The notes beneath the pieces are model-generated. The model searched no databases. It was not told where the DNA came from and saw only the letters and a program-made list of their open reading frames with translations. Below are positions 7,693 through 17,023 of a stretch of 64,000 nucleotides of DNA, in pieces. Every line of letters starts with the position of its first letter. Position 1 is the stretch's first letter. The position numbers were made by a program, and so were the translations under genes. This stretch comes from Acidobacteriota bacterium (GTDB lineage Bacteria > Acidobacteriota > UBA6911 > RPQK01 > JAJDTT01): contig OZ242374.1 of the NCBI GenBank assembly GCA_965209055.1, forward strand, positions 1,888,001 through 1,952,000, written 5' to 3'.

Positions 7693-10191
7693 CTATGCCT
7701 CCGAAAAACGCCCGTCCGGATCGAGCGCGTCCTGAATCCTCTTGGAGAAGACCCGGTCCTGGGTACGGCCCGGGCGGGCCGTGTCTCCGTTTCCCCGGAT
7801 CACGAGTCCCGTGAGATCCAAATGGCCCAACGCCCGGTCCACGGGGTCCATTGGACCCGGCCAAGCCAGCCAAGCCAAGCTCCCGCCGGCACAGTAGCGC
7901 GTCCGGCAAGGAATGGACCTCAGGTTCTCTTCCAACTCGGCGATCCGGCCCGTGGTCATGGGCACCTTCATCAGGTTCCAATCGGGAGGCGCCCAGTCAA
8001 ATTCCCGGTCCGCATCCCAGTGGTCACGTTCCTCCTGCCCCTGCAGTTGGGCGCCGTGACCCACCAACTCTCGAACCCGTTCCAACCGGGCGCCGACCGA
8101 CTCCCTCCGGCCTCCCACCCGCACCAACAGCCGCCCGGGAGGCTCCAGGTCAACGGCCGCCAGATCCAGAGGAGCGGCCCGCAGGCGCCGTATGGCCTCC
8201 AGCGCCTCCGGGAGGCTCGGCAGCGACGCCTCCAAGGTCAACCAGCGCCGCGCGAGAGGAAAGACCTTGAACGTCATTTCCACCAGAACTCCCAGTCGTC
8301 CCAGACTGCCGACCATGAGCTTGGGAAGATCGAAGCCGGCGGCGTTCTTGACCACGCGGCTGCCGCCTCGCACCAGCTCGGCGCGGCCGCTGACGAAACG
8401 GATTCCCAGGAGAAAATCCCGGATGCCGCCGTAGCGGTAACGCCCCGAGCCGCCGGTCCCCGCCGCCACCGTCCCGCCGAGTGTGGCTCCGGCCCGCACC
8501 AACACCGGATCGAAGGGCAGGTACTGTCCTTCTCGAGCCAATCGCTCCCGGACCTGGGCCACCGGGGTCCCCGCCAGAGCCGTAAAGGTGTACTCCTCCG
8601 GTTCGTACTCCACAATGCCGGACAAGCCGCTCAACTCCAGAGAGGCAATTCCCGCGGACGGCCGGGAGAGAGCCGGCTTGGTGCCGCCGCCGCGCGGCCG
8701 GATGCGCGCGTGATCCGCGACGGCCTGCTGCACCTCACGGAACGACCCGGGCCGCAACGTCGCCCCAGCACCATTGCCCGAACGCGTGATCTCGGACGCG
8801 GACACCCGCCCATGCCCGTTCTCGTCGGGGAACATCTTGCGCCGGTTGGCGATTTCCAGCGGATCGATGGACCGCCGCATCCGCTTCATGACCTCCATAT
8901 CGGTCGGTGCGAACATGTGGGCCAGGTATTCGCGCTTCTCCATGCCCACTCCGTGCTCTCCGGTGATGGAGCCGCCCCTGCGAATACACATCTGCAGGAT
9001 GTCACCGGCCAGTTCCTCCGCCTTCTCCAATGCTCCCGCCTCGGTGCCGTCGAACAGGATCAGGGGATGGAGATTGCCGTCTCCGGCGTGAAAGACGTTG
9101 GCCACCCGGATCCCATGCTTCCGTCCCAGCATCTCGATTTCAGCCAGGGCCGAGCCCAGTTGCTTCCGGGGGACCACCCCGTCCTGGACGATGTAGTCGG
9201 GGCTGAGCCGTCCCACCGCCGAGAACGCGCTCTTGCGTCCCTTCCAGATCCGCAATCGTTCTCCCTCGTCCCGGGCGACGCGGATCTCGAAGGCGCCGGA
9301 AGCGCGAATCACCGGCTCCAGGAGCTGGAACTCGGCCTCCACCTCGGCGGCTTCTCCTTCCAGTTCCACGATGAGAAGGGCGGTGGCCTCCTGCGGGTAA
9401 CCGGCGTGGACGGCGGCCTCCGCCGCTTCGATGGCCAGATGGTCCATGATCTCCATGGCGCCCGGAAGGAGTCCCGTGGCCACCACCCGGGCCACGGCGT
9501 CACCGGCAGCTTCCAGGCTGTTGTAGGCGGCGAGGATCGTCTTGTACGACTCGGGCTTGGGGATGAGCCGGACCGTGATCTCCAGAGCGATGCCGAAGAG
9601 CCCCTCCGAACCCACGAAGAACCCGGTGAGGTCCGGTCCCACCCCCTCCAGGCTCTTGCTCCCCAGCTCCACCACGGCGCCGTCAGGCAGCACCGCCTTC
9701 AGCCCCAGGACATGGTTGCTGGTCATGCCGTGGCGGAGGCAATGGGCGCCGCCCGAGTTGAAGGCCACGTTCCCGCCGATGGTGCAGATGGATTGGCTCG
9801 AGGGGTCGGGAGCGTAGTAGAGCCCGTGGGGAGCGCCCAGCGCGCTCAGGTCCAGGTTGATGACTCCCGGCTCCACCACGGCGCACCGCTCCGCCGGGTC
9901 CAGCTCCAGGACCCGGTTCAGGCGGTTGAGTCCGATGATGATGCCCTCCCGGATCGGCAGCGATCCCCCCGAGAGGCTGGTGCCGCTGCCTCGCGCCACG
10001 AAGGGCAGGTTCTCCCGGTGGCAGAGGCGGACCGTCTCGATCACTTCCTCCTGCGACTCGGCCAGGACCACGGCCAACGGCCGCTCCCGAAACGCCGTCA
10101 GCGCATCCGACTCATAGGGGGCCACCTGGGCCGGACCCGAGAGGACCCGCTCCGGGGGATAGATGGTATTCAGGGCGCCTAAGGACCGCAT
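7693..10191 (-). CDS. glcD/glcE: Fused glycolate oxidase FAD subunits GlcD-GlcE
   Basis: N-half has [38 protein letters not shown] and GEHGVG (GlcD); C-half has [23 protein letters not shown] and [19 protein letters not shown] (GlcE); single 832-aa ORF. Confidence 0.88.
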   Translation of the reverse strand: MRSLGALNTIYPPERVLSGPAQVAPYESDALTAFRERPLAVVLAESQEEVIETVRLCHRENLPFVARGSGTSLSGGSLPIREGIIIGLNRLNRVLELDPAERCAVVEPGVINLDLSALGAPHGLYYAPDPSSQSICTIGGNVAFNSGGAHCLRHGMTSNHVLGLKAVLPDGAVVELGSKSLEGVGPDLTGFFVGSEGLFGIALEITVRLIPKPESYKTILAAYNSLEAAGDAVARVVATGLLPGAMEIMDHLAIEAAEAAVHAGYPQEATALLIVELEGEAAEVEAEFQLLEPVIRASGAFEIRVARDEGERLRIWKGRKSAFSAVGRLSPDYIVQDGVVPRKQLGSALAEIEMLGRKHGIRVANVFHAGDGNLHPLILFDGTEAGALEKAEELAGDILQMCIRRGGSITGEHGVGMEKREYLAHMFAPTDMEVMKRMRRSIDPLEIANRRKMFPDENGHGRVSASEITRSGNGAGATLRPGSFREVQQAVADHARIRPRGGGTKPALSRPSAGIASLELSGLSGIVEYEPEEYTFTALAGTPVAQVRERLAREGQYLPFDPVLVRAGATLGGTVAAGTGGSGRYRYGGIRDFLLGIRFVSGRAELVRGGSRVVKNAAGFDLPKLMVGSLGRLGVLVEMTFKVFPLARRWLTLEASLPSLPEALEAIRRLRAAPLDLAAVDLEPPGRLLVRVGGRRESVGARLERVRELVGHGAQLQGQEERDHWDADREFDWAPPDWNLMKVPMTTGRIAELEENLRSIPCRTRYCAGGSLAWLAWPGPMDPVDRALGHLDLTGLVIRGNGDTARPGRTQDRVFSKRIQDALDPDGRFSEA

Positions 10192-10342
10192 TTCCCGGCG
10201 ACCAGTCTACTACGCCGTCTCCGGGATGGGCCACAGGCGGCGATTGCACGCTCGTCGTTTTCGATCCGGCGGCGTTGAAGTAGAGGCAGGTCTCAACAGA
10301 GCAGGAACGGAGAAAGCGGGAATCATGGAACAGGAGGTCCGA

Positions 10343-10636
10343 ATGGACGTCAGGGAAGCGGTGGAAAAGGCGCGGCACTGCGTTGCGGAATTCTTTGCCG
10401 GGGAAGATATCAGTCACGTGGGTGTCGAAGAGGTGGTCTTCGACGGCGAGAATAGCGTCTGGAAGGTGACCATCGGATTCTTCCGGTCCTGGAATCGATT
10501 GGACGGCCTCCCGGCATCCATGTACTGCGCTTGGGACGAGCGTTCCTACAAAGTGGTTCTCATCGACGATCCCACCGGGGACGTCGGCTCCATGATCCAT
10601 TGCACGTTCACCAACATGGGCGTCAAGGCCGATTGA
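10343..10636 (+). CDS. Small hypothetical protein resembling a family often found beside PIN-domain toxins
   Basis: AGGAGG SD then MDVREAVEKAR...GVEEVVFD...WKVTIGF.R.W...RSYKVV; family resemblance recalled, not searched. Confidence 0.6.
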   Translation: MDVREAVEKARHCVAEFFAGEDISHVGVEEVVFDGENSVWKVTIGFFRSWNRLDGLPASMYCAWDERSYKVVLIDDPTGDVGSMIHCTFTNMGVKAD

Positions 10637-10774
10637 CCCGGCGTGTTCCGGCGGTCCTGGAGCACGCCGCCAAGCCGTCCGTATCCGGTCTTCTTCCGAA
10701 CGGGACGGTCTCGGTTGGGTGAATTCCCATGATAGACTGCGAGTTGCATCAAGTTCTCATCGCATTGGAGTGAC

Positions 10775-11041
10775 ATGAGCATCAACAAATACCTTGAGAA
10801 AAAGGACTTCGATGCTCAGATGAATGTAATCGACGGGCGATTCAAGCACCTGGAAACGAGGTTCGACACGCTTGAAACTCGAATGGACGGACTTGAATCC
10901 GGACTCATCCGCCTTGAAACCGAGTTCAAGACCGGGATGAAGCATGTGGCCACGAAGGCGTGGGTCCTCGGCGGGCTCGCCGGAGGCATGGGAATCGCGG
11001 CCACGATAGCCGCGGTCTTTGTGAAGCTTTTTGCTGTGTGA
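10775..11041 (+). CDS. Small coiled-coil protein with C-terminal membrane anchor (DUF1640/CCDC90-like)
   Basis: GGAG SD; heptads RFKHLET/RFDTLET/RMDGLES; ATK motif then hydrophobic C-terminal helix; TGATAGACT upstream. Confidence 0.65.
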   Translation: MSINKYLEKKDFDAQMNVIDGRFKHLETRFDTLETRMDGLESGLIRLETEFKTGMKHVATKAWVLGGLAGGMGIAATIAAVFVKLFAV

Positions 11042-11086
11042 CGGGATTCCGATCGTATCGACCGGTTAATCCCCCTGCGCCGACGG

Positions 11087-11115
11087 TTGACCGCCCCGCC
11101 GGACCTCCCGATAAT
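11087..11115 (+). promoter_or_regulatory. sigma70-type promoter for the TPP-enzyme gene
   Basis: TTGACC-17 nt-GATAAT, about 185 nt upstream of ATG 11302. Confidence 0.55.
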
Positions 11116-11301
11116 GTCCCCGATGGGTGCGGCGCCGCGATGGTGCGTCCATCCTTGGCCACCGGGGACACTTCATGCGGGTTGGGGCCGCACTCCTGAT
11201 CAGCTCGATTTCCTTCGCGACTCCCATGCTCCGCTCCCATGGTCCATCCCCGGCGCGCTTGGTTCTTGCCGCGGACCGTCACGAAAAGGAGAAGATTGTC
11301 A

Positions 11302-12975
11302 ATGAACGGTAACTCCGTGATCGCCAGGATACTGAAGCTGGAAGGGGTGGAATGGATCGCCGCCTTTCCCGAACAGAAACTCATCGACGCCGTGGCCAAG
11401 GAGGGCATCCGTCCCATCATCACCCGGCAGGAGCGGGCCGGCGTCAACATGGCCGATGGATTCAGCCGCATCCGCAACGGGAACCAGGTCGGCATCTTCA
11501 CCATGCAGCGGGGTCCCGGCGCCGAGAACGCCTATGGCGGCGTGGCCCAGGCCTTCGCCGACTCGGTGCCCATTCTCCTGTTCCCGGGAGGGGCGCCCCG
11601 GCGGCGGATGCAGGTCCATCCCGACTTCGCCTCCTGCGATCAGTACCACGGGGTCACCAAGTACACCCGAAACTGCAACCTGGTGGAGCGGCTTCCCGAG
11701 ATGTTGCGCTACGCCTTCACTCTGCTCAAGCACGGACGCCCCGGGCCGGTTCTGCTGGAGATCCCCGACGACGTGGGGACCGAGGAGTACCCGGGCGAGC
11801 TCGACTACACGCCGGTTCGCAAGCACCGCTCCGCGGCGGACCCGGATGAGGTCCGGGACCTGGTCCGGGCCATGCTGGCCGCCGATTGTCCCGTCATCAA
11901 CGCCGGTCAGGGGGCGCTCTACGCCGAAGCCACGCCCGAGCTGGTGGAGCTGGCGGAGCTGATCCACATCCCGGTGCTCACCTCCCTGGCGGGGAAGAGC
12001 GCCTTCCCCGAGAACCATCCCCTGGCCCTGGGAACCGCGGGCCACAGCAGCACCCTCATGGTCGACCACTTTCTCCGCAAGACCGACTTCATCCTGGGCG
12101 CCGGAACCAGCTTCACCCACTCGGTCTTCAACGGTCCCGTCCCGGTAGGCGTCCCCTTGGCCCAGCTCACCAACTGTCCCGAGGACCTGAACAAGGATCA
12201 CGCCGTCGACTACGGCGCCATCGGCGATGCCAAGGTCGTTCTGCGGCAGATCATTCAGGAGGTCGAGCGCCAGATCGGCGCCGGCGGCCGGCCGGACGAG
12301 CAGGGGGTGGCGGCGGAAATCGCCCGGGTCCGGGCGGATTTCGAGGCCGAATGGCGCCCCCACTTCGAGTCGGACGAGGTCCCCATCAGTCCCTACCGCG
12401 TCTTCCGGGAGGTGATCCGCGCCGTGGACCCGGCCAACGCCATCGCCACCCATGATTCGGGCTTTCCCCGGGACCAGTTGGTCCCCTTCTGGCCGGCCGT
12501 CGCTCCCCGGGGCTACATCGGATGGGGCAAGTCCACCCAGTTGGGCTACGGCCTGGGCCTGGCCCTGGGAGCCAAGATGGCGGCGCCCGAAAAGGACGTG
12601 ATCCACATCATGGGGGACGCCGCCTTCGGAATGGCGGGGCTGGACCTGGAGACGGCCGCCCGCAACCGGATCGCGACGCTTCACATCGTCCTGAACAACG
12701 GCGTCATGACCCACTATTCCAGCCACATGCCCTATGCCACCAAGCACTGGGGCAGCAACGCCTTCAGCGGCGAGTACGCGCAGGTTGTGCGCGGATTGGG
12801 GGTCCATGCCGAACGCGTGGACACGCCCGACGGCCTGGCCCCCGCCATCCGCAAGGCTCTGGAGGTGACCCGCGGCGGAGAGCCGGCCTTCATAGAGACC
12901 ATCACCAAGGAAGAGGAACACATCCCCAGGTTCTGGGCTCCCGGCACCTGGGACTATCCCATGGGAGGGGAGTGA
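11302..12975 (+). CDS. Thiamine-pyrophosphate-dependent enzyme (acetolactate-synthase-like superfamily)
   Basis: RQERAGVNMADG, GRPGPVLLEIP and GDAAFGM...LNNG TPP motif; AGGAG SD. Confidence 0.9.
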   Translation: MNGNSVIARILKLEGVEWIAAFPEQKLIDAVAKEGIRPIITRQERAGVNMADGFSRIRNGNQVGIFTMQRGPGAENAYGGVAQAFADSVPILLFPGGAPRRRMQVHPDFASCDQYHGVTKYTRNCNLVERLPEMLRYAFTLLKHGRPGPVLLEIPDDVGTEEYPGELDYTPVRKHRSAADPDEVRDLVRAMLAADCPVINAGQGALYAEATPELVELAELIHIPVLTSLAGKSAFPENHPLALGTAGHSSTLMVDHFLRKTDFILGAGTSFTHSVFNGPVPVGVPLAQLTNCPEDLNKDHAVDYGAIGDAKVVLRQIIQEVERQIGAGGRPDEQGVAAEIARVRADFEAEWRPHFESDEVPISPYRVFREVIRAVDPANAIATHDSGFPRDQLVPFWPAVAPRGYIGWGKSTQLGYGLGLALGAKMAAPEKDVIHIMGDAAFGMAGLDLETAARNRIATLHIVLNNGVMTHYSSHMPYATKHWGSNAFSGEYAQVVRGLGVHAERVDTPDGLAPAIRKALEVTRGGEPAFIETITKEEEHIPRFWAPGTWDYPMGGE

Positions 12976-12981
12976 GATCAC

Positions 12982-14475
12982 ATGCAAACGAGAATCGGCA
13001 CCACGGCAGCCGCCCTCTGGCTCCTGGCGGTCCAGGTCCAGGCGGGACTGATCCACATCGGGTCGCAGAAGCAGTTCTTCATCGACGATTATCTGATCGA
13101 GAGCATGCTGGCCACCCGCCAGGTCCTGAATCCCGCCCGGAAGGTTGACCACAACCCCATTATCCGTCCCGAGAAGCCCTGGGAGGGCAACGACGTCCGG
13201 GTCAGCAAGGTGATCTACGAGGAGGAAGAGGGCCTCTTCCGGATGTGGTACATCGTGAATTCCTACAAGGTCAGCCGGGACCAGGGGGAGTTCGTCGTCG
13301 AATCAGCCGGCGGCAATATCTGCATCGCCGTTTCCAAGGACGGTTTCCACTGGGAGAAGCCCAACCTGGGCAAGGTGGAATACCAGGGCTCCCGTGAGAA
13401 CAACATCCTCCCCCGGGAGCAGTTCCGGCCCTACTTTTTCAAGGACCGGCACGAGAAGGATCCGGCCAAGCGATACAAGGGGTTCGAGCGGGAGGGGTCC
13501 ACCCGGACGCCGGGGATGCAATTTTACCTCTACTATTCCCCCGACGGCTTCGAGTGGACGGAATACGAGAACAACCCCGTCATCGACACCTCACCCCGGG
13601 TGGGACGCTGGGGACCCACCGTCTTCATGGGTTGGGACCCCATCCGCAAGACCTACGCCGTGCACATGGAAAACTGCGCCCATCTTCGTTGTCCCCTGGG
13701 AAAGCGGCTCATCGGCCGGGCGGAAAGCCCCGACATGATTCACTGGAGCCAGCCCGAGACGATTATCCTCCCGGACGAAGAGGACTATCCGGACCTCCAG
13801 TTCTACCACATGCCGGTGGTCGTCTATGAGGGGATGTACGTGGGAATGCTCTGGAACTTCCGGACCACCAACACCAGCATCCTGCCCCAGGCGGTCTTCA
13901 GCCGCGACGGCATCCACTACAACCGGGATTACCGGGAGCCCTTCATACCGCCCGGACCCGGCAACAGTTTCGACTCGGCCGTGGTCTATTCGCAGGACCC
14001 TCAGGTCCACGAGGGGCGCCTCCTCAACTACTACACTGGAGTGAACTGGCGATCACCGGAGATGCTGTTCAATCTGAAGGACAAGGCCCTGGGAGCCATT
14101 GGTCTGGCCGTGACTCCGCCGGACGGGTTCGTCTCCCTGGACGGCGTTCACGGACACGAGCGCCAGCGCTATCCCTTCAGCGAGGTGGTGACGCGTTCCT
14201 TCACCTTCGAGGGAGACCGCCTCCATCTCAACGTGCGGTCGGCTCTGCGGCAGTGGGGAGCCGGTCCCTGCGAGGTGCGGGCGGAGATTGTGGGAGGCGA
14301 CCACCACGCCATCGAGGGCTACGGCTTCGACGATGCGGATCCCATCACCACCACCGGCGTGGCCCACGTCGCGTCCTGGAATGGGAAGAGCGACCTCAGT
14401 GGATTGCGGGACAGGCCCATCAAGCTGCGGATCTACTTCAAGAACGCCAAGCTCTACTCGTTCCAGTTCAAGTAG
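12982..14475 (+). CDS. Secreted glycoside-hydrolase-like five-bladed beta-propeller protein with C-terminal beta-sandwich
   Basis: Signal peptide; QFFIDD, SKDGFHWEKPNLG, SPDGFEW, DGFVSLD and KLYSFQF; paralog at 38205. Confidence 0.65.
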   Translation: MQTRIGTTAAALWLLAVQVQAGLIHIGSQKQFFIDDYLIESMLATRQVLNPARKVDHNPIIRPEKPWEGNDVRVSKVIYEEEEGLFRMWYIVNSYKVSRDQGEFVVESAGGNICIAVSKDGFHWEKPNLGKVEYQGSRENNILPREQFRPYFFKDRHEKDPAKRYKGFEREGSTRTPGMQFYLYYSPDGFEWTEYENNPVIDTSPRVGRWGPTVFMGWDPIRKTYAVHMENCAHLRCPLGKRLIGRAESPDMIHWSQPETIILPDEEDYPDLQFYHMPVVVYEGMYVGMLWNFRTTNTSILPQAVFSRDGIHYNRDYREPFIPPGPGNSFDSAVVYSQDPQVHEGRLLNYYTGVNWRSPEMLFNLKDKALGAIGLAVTPPDGFVSLDGVHGHERQRYPFSEVVTRSFTFEGDRLHLNVRSALRQWGAGPCEVRAEIVGGDHHAIEGYGFDDADPITTTGVAHVASWNGKSDLSGLRDRPIKLRIYFKNAKLYSFQFK

Positions 14476-15861
14476 TCACCGGGTCCGGCCCGTCCCCTCC
14501 TCCAGGTGGGTCCGGCGCCGGAACTGCTCCTGGGCCAGTTCCGGCCGCCCCAACTGTTGGTAGGCCAGGCCCAACTGGTAGTAGGCCCCCGAAAAGTTGG
14601 GTTGGAGCCGGATGGCCCGCTGGAGTTGGACCACCGCGTCCTGGTGGCGTCCCAGGGAGTTGAAGATCCTTCCCCTCAGGTAGTAGAGATCCGCGTCCTG
14701 CGGGGAGATCCGCTCCGCCTTGTCCAGGGCCGCCAGGACCTGCCCGGGCGGCGCCCCCTCCTCGGCCAGGGATTGAGCCAGGAAGATATTGGCCATGGGG
14801 TAGCGCGGCTGTTGCCGTAGCAGTCTCCGCCAGGTCTGGGACGCCTTCGCCGCATCCCCGGCGGACCGGTAGGCCTGGGCCAGGAGCCGGAGGGCGTCTC
14901 CATGGTTGGGATGCCGGGAGGTCAGAAGCACCAGAACCCGGACCGCTTCCTCGGGGTCGCCGGCGGCCAGAAGTTGCCGGCTCAGCGATTGTCCGATCCC
15001 GGGCGCGCCGGGAAGCCGTTCCCACCCCCGCCTCAAGGCTTGGACGGCCGACCCCGCGTTTTCGGCCTGCTGATGGGCGCTGGCCAGGGAAAGGTAGTAG
15101 TCCTCGACCTGCGGAGAGTGCCGGATGGCCTGCTCCAGGAACTCCACCGCCTTGGCCTCGTTGCGCAGTATGGCGTAGCTCTTTCCGGCCAGAGCCGCCG
15201 CCTCTCCCCGGAGCCGGGAATCCAGGCCGGGAGTGACGGTGATGGAGGCGGCGGTGTCGATGGCGTCCTCCAGCGCACCGGCCCGGGCCAGGAGGCTGGC
15301 CAGGACAAGGTTCGTCTGGGGGTCCCGCAGACCGGTCTGTTGGGCACGGAGCAGCTCGGCCAGAGCGAGGTCGGTCTGCCGGCGGCCGTACAACCAGCGT
15401 CCCAGGTTGGCGTGCAGCTCGGTGTCATGGGGGAACCGGGCCGCGGCCGACCGCAGGTCCGCCTTGGCTCGATCCAGGTCCCCTTCCAGGACCGCCAACT
15501 GCACCAGGTCGATGGCATAGATGGCCCGGGCCGGGTGCTCCTTGCCGAGCGCCTCCAGGGTCGCCCGGCCTTGGCCATGCAGCTTCCGCCGTTCGTATTC
15601 CTCCAGGACAATGGTGTGCGCCGCGGCGGCCGTCGTTCCCTCCAGGACCCGGTGCAGGACGGCGGGCGCCCTCGCATCCGGCACGGTCCGGAAGAACTGT
15701 TGCAACCGTGCCAGGGCCTGCTGGCTCTGGGGGCCCTCCAGTTCGGAGAGCTGCGGCGGTTCCTGGAGAGGCGCTGCCGCGAAGGCGAACGCCGCCACCG
15801 TAACCAGCGACAGGAAAGCGGCAATCGAAGCCGCCGGGATCAGGATCAGAGCACGTTGCAT
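14476..15861 (-). CDS. Secreted tetratricopeptide-repeat protein
   Basis: Signal peptide; serial TPRs (AYYQLGLAYQQLG, LYYLRGRIFNSLG); overlaps the end of the upstream gene. Confidence 0.85.
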   Translation of the reverse strand: MQRALILIPAASIAAFLSLVTVAAFAFAAAPLQEPPQLSELEGPQSQQALARLQQFFRTVPDARAPAVLHRVLEGTTAAAAHTIVLEEYERRKLHGQGRATLEALGKEHPARAIYAIDLVQLAVLEGDLDRAKADLRSAAARFPHDTELHANLGRWLYGRRQTDLALAELLRAQQTGLRDPQTNLVLASLLARAGALEDAIDTAASITVTPGLDSRLRGEAAALAGKSYAILRNEAKAVEFLEQAIRHSPQVEDYYLSLASAHQQAENAGSAVQALRRGWERLPGAPGIGQSLSRQLLAAGDPEEAVRVLVLLTSRHPNHGDALRLLAQAYRSAGDAAKASQTWRRLLRQQPRYPMANIFLAQSLAEEGAPPGQVLAALDKAERISPQDADLYYLRGRIFNSLGRHQDAVVQLQRAIRLQPNFSGAYYQLGLAYQQLGRPELAQEQFRRRTHLEEGTGRTR

Positions 15862-16958
15862 TGGACGGAAGGGTACCAGTTGAGTTCGTATCCGTCGGTT
15901 CTGTTGGTGTCCCGCCGAATCGGCTGCCAGCGCCCCCGATGATCCTGGGCCCGGGCCATCAGCAGGTGCTCCCCCTTGGGCGCCGTCCAGTCATAACTCC
16001 ACCGGACCCAGGTAAAGGGGCGGGATTCGCCTTCCAACCGGGCCGGGCTCCAGGTTCCGCCCCGGTCCGGACTGACCTGGACGGCGCCCACGCGGTGGGG
16101 ACCGGCCCAGGCAAAACCCCGAACCGGATATCGGCCCGGCGCCAGATTGGCTCCCGGCGGCGGAAAGGAGAACCCTGAATTGACCTGGACCTCCGAGACC
16201 CGTCCGGTGATCTCTTCCCGCGATCCGAACTTGACGTACCTCTGGTAAAGCAGGTCCATGCCGCTGGAATAGTAGGCGGAGGGCCAGTCGAAGGCGTCCA
16301 GGACGCGGACCCGCGTCAACCACTTGACCGAGTCCATGCCGTACCAGCCCGGAATGAAGGCCCGGGCCGGAAAACCGTTGCGCCGGGGCAGGAATTGCCC
16401 GTTGAGCTTGAAGGCCACCAGGGTTTCGGGAGCCAGGCATTTCTCCAGCGGCAGGATCCGCGAGTAGGGGGACTCGGGCATTTCGGGCATCAGGGCCCCC
16501 TTGTCCGCCCCCTGGAGCAGCACCCTCTTGGCTCCCTCCTTGGGCTGGGCCCGCCGGATCAGGTCGGAAAGGGGGATGCCCTCCCAGAGTCCGTTGCTCA
16601 CCAGCCCCGTCCGGTTTCCCGCGCACTCCAGGAGTCCCTCCAAAGTCCTGGTGGAGGTCTCCACCATGTCGGAGAAGGACAACTCCAGTGGATTGTCCAC
16701 GGCCCCTTCCACCCGCAGCCGCCAGGTCTTGAGCGACAGCCGGGGTTGCGGATGATGGCTCCGGACGAAGAACCGGTCGACGGGAGTCAGCGTTCCCTCC
16801 ACGTCCGCCATGGAGCTCAGGGAGACCCGGTCGTCCTCCAGCGGGGTCCCCTGAGTCGATTGCGACTGGGCCCGGACCGATCGCGTCAGCAACAACGCGG
16901 ACGCGACCCCGAACCACCTGCGCCGGCTGATCCTGCCGGAATTCTCGTCAGCTCTCAT
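15846..16958 (-). CDS. Tat-exported sulfite-oxidase-family molybdoenzyme
   Basis: SRRRWF Tat signal; FFVRSH, LECAGN (Mo-ligating Cys) and GFPAR..PGWYGMDSVKWL; C-terminal dimerisation domain. Confidence 0.9.
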   Translation of the reverse strand: MRADENSGRISRRRWFGVASALLLTRSVRAQSQSTQGTPLEDDRVSLSSMADVEGTLTPVDRFFVRSHHPQPRLSLKTWRLRVEGAVDNPLELSFSDMVETSTRTLEGLLECAGNRTGLVSNGLWEGIPLSDLIRRAQPKEGAKRVLLQGADKGALMPEMPESPYSRILPLEKCLAPETLVAFKLNGQFLPRRNGFPARAFIPGWYGMDSVKWLTRVRVLDAFDWPSAYYSSGMDLLYQRYVKFGSREEITGRVSEVQVNSGFSFPPPGANLAPGRYPVRGFAWAGPHRVGAVQVSPDRGGTWSPARLEGESRPFTWVRWSYDWTAPKGEHLLMARAQDHRGRWQPIRRDTNRTDGYELNWYPSVQCNVL

Positions 16959-17023
16959 GGCCAAAGGTTAGCAGCCAATGGCGAAACTCGCCAAGCCGTT
17001 CAATCCTCTCCAGCACCGTCTGT

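Noticed and set aside
7615-10182. 855-aa plus-strand ORF
   Set aside because: Antisense shadow of glcDE in GC-rich DNA, with no recognisable motifs
3600-11100. Integron cassette array, IS element or prophage as the explanation for the small genes
   Set aside because: No attC-like RYYYAAC/GTTRRRY boxes, integrase, transposase, terminal inverted repeats or phage genes were recognised
11115-11301. TPP riboswitch (GGGTGC...CCTGAT upstream of a TPP enzyme)
   Set aside because: Lacks the CUGAGA pyrimidine-sensor motif and the P5/GCGnAGGGA ending
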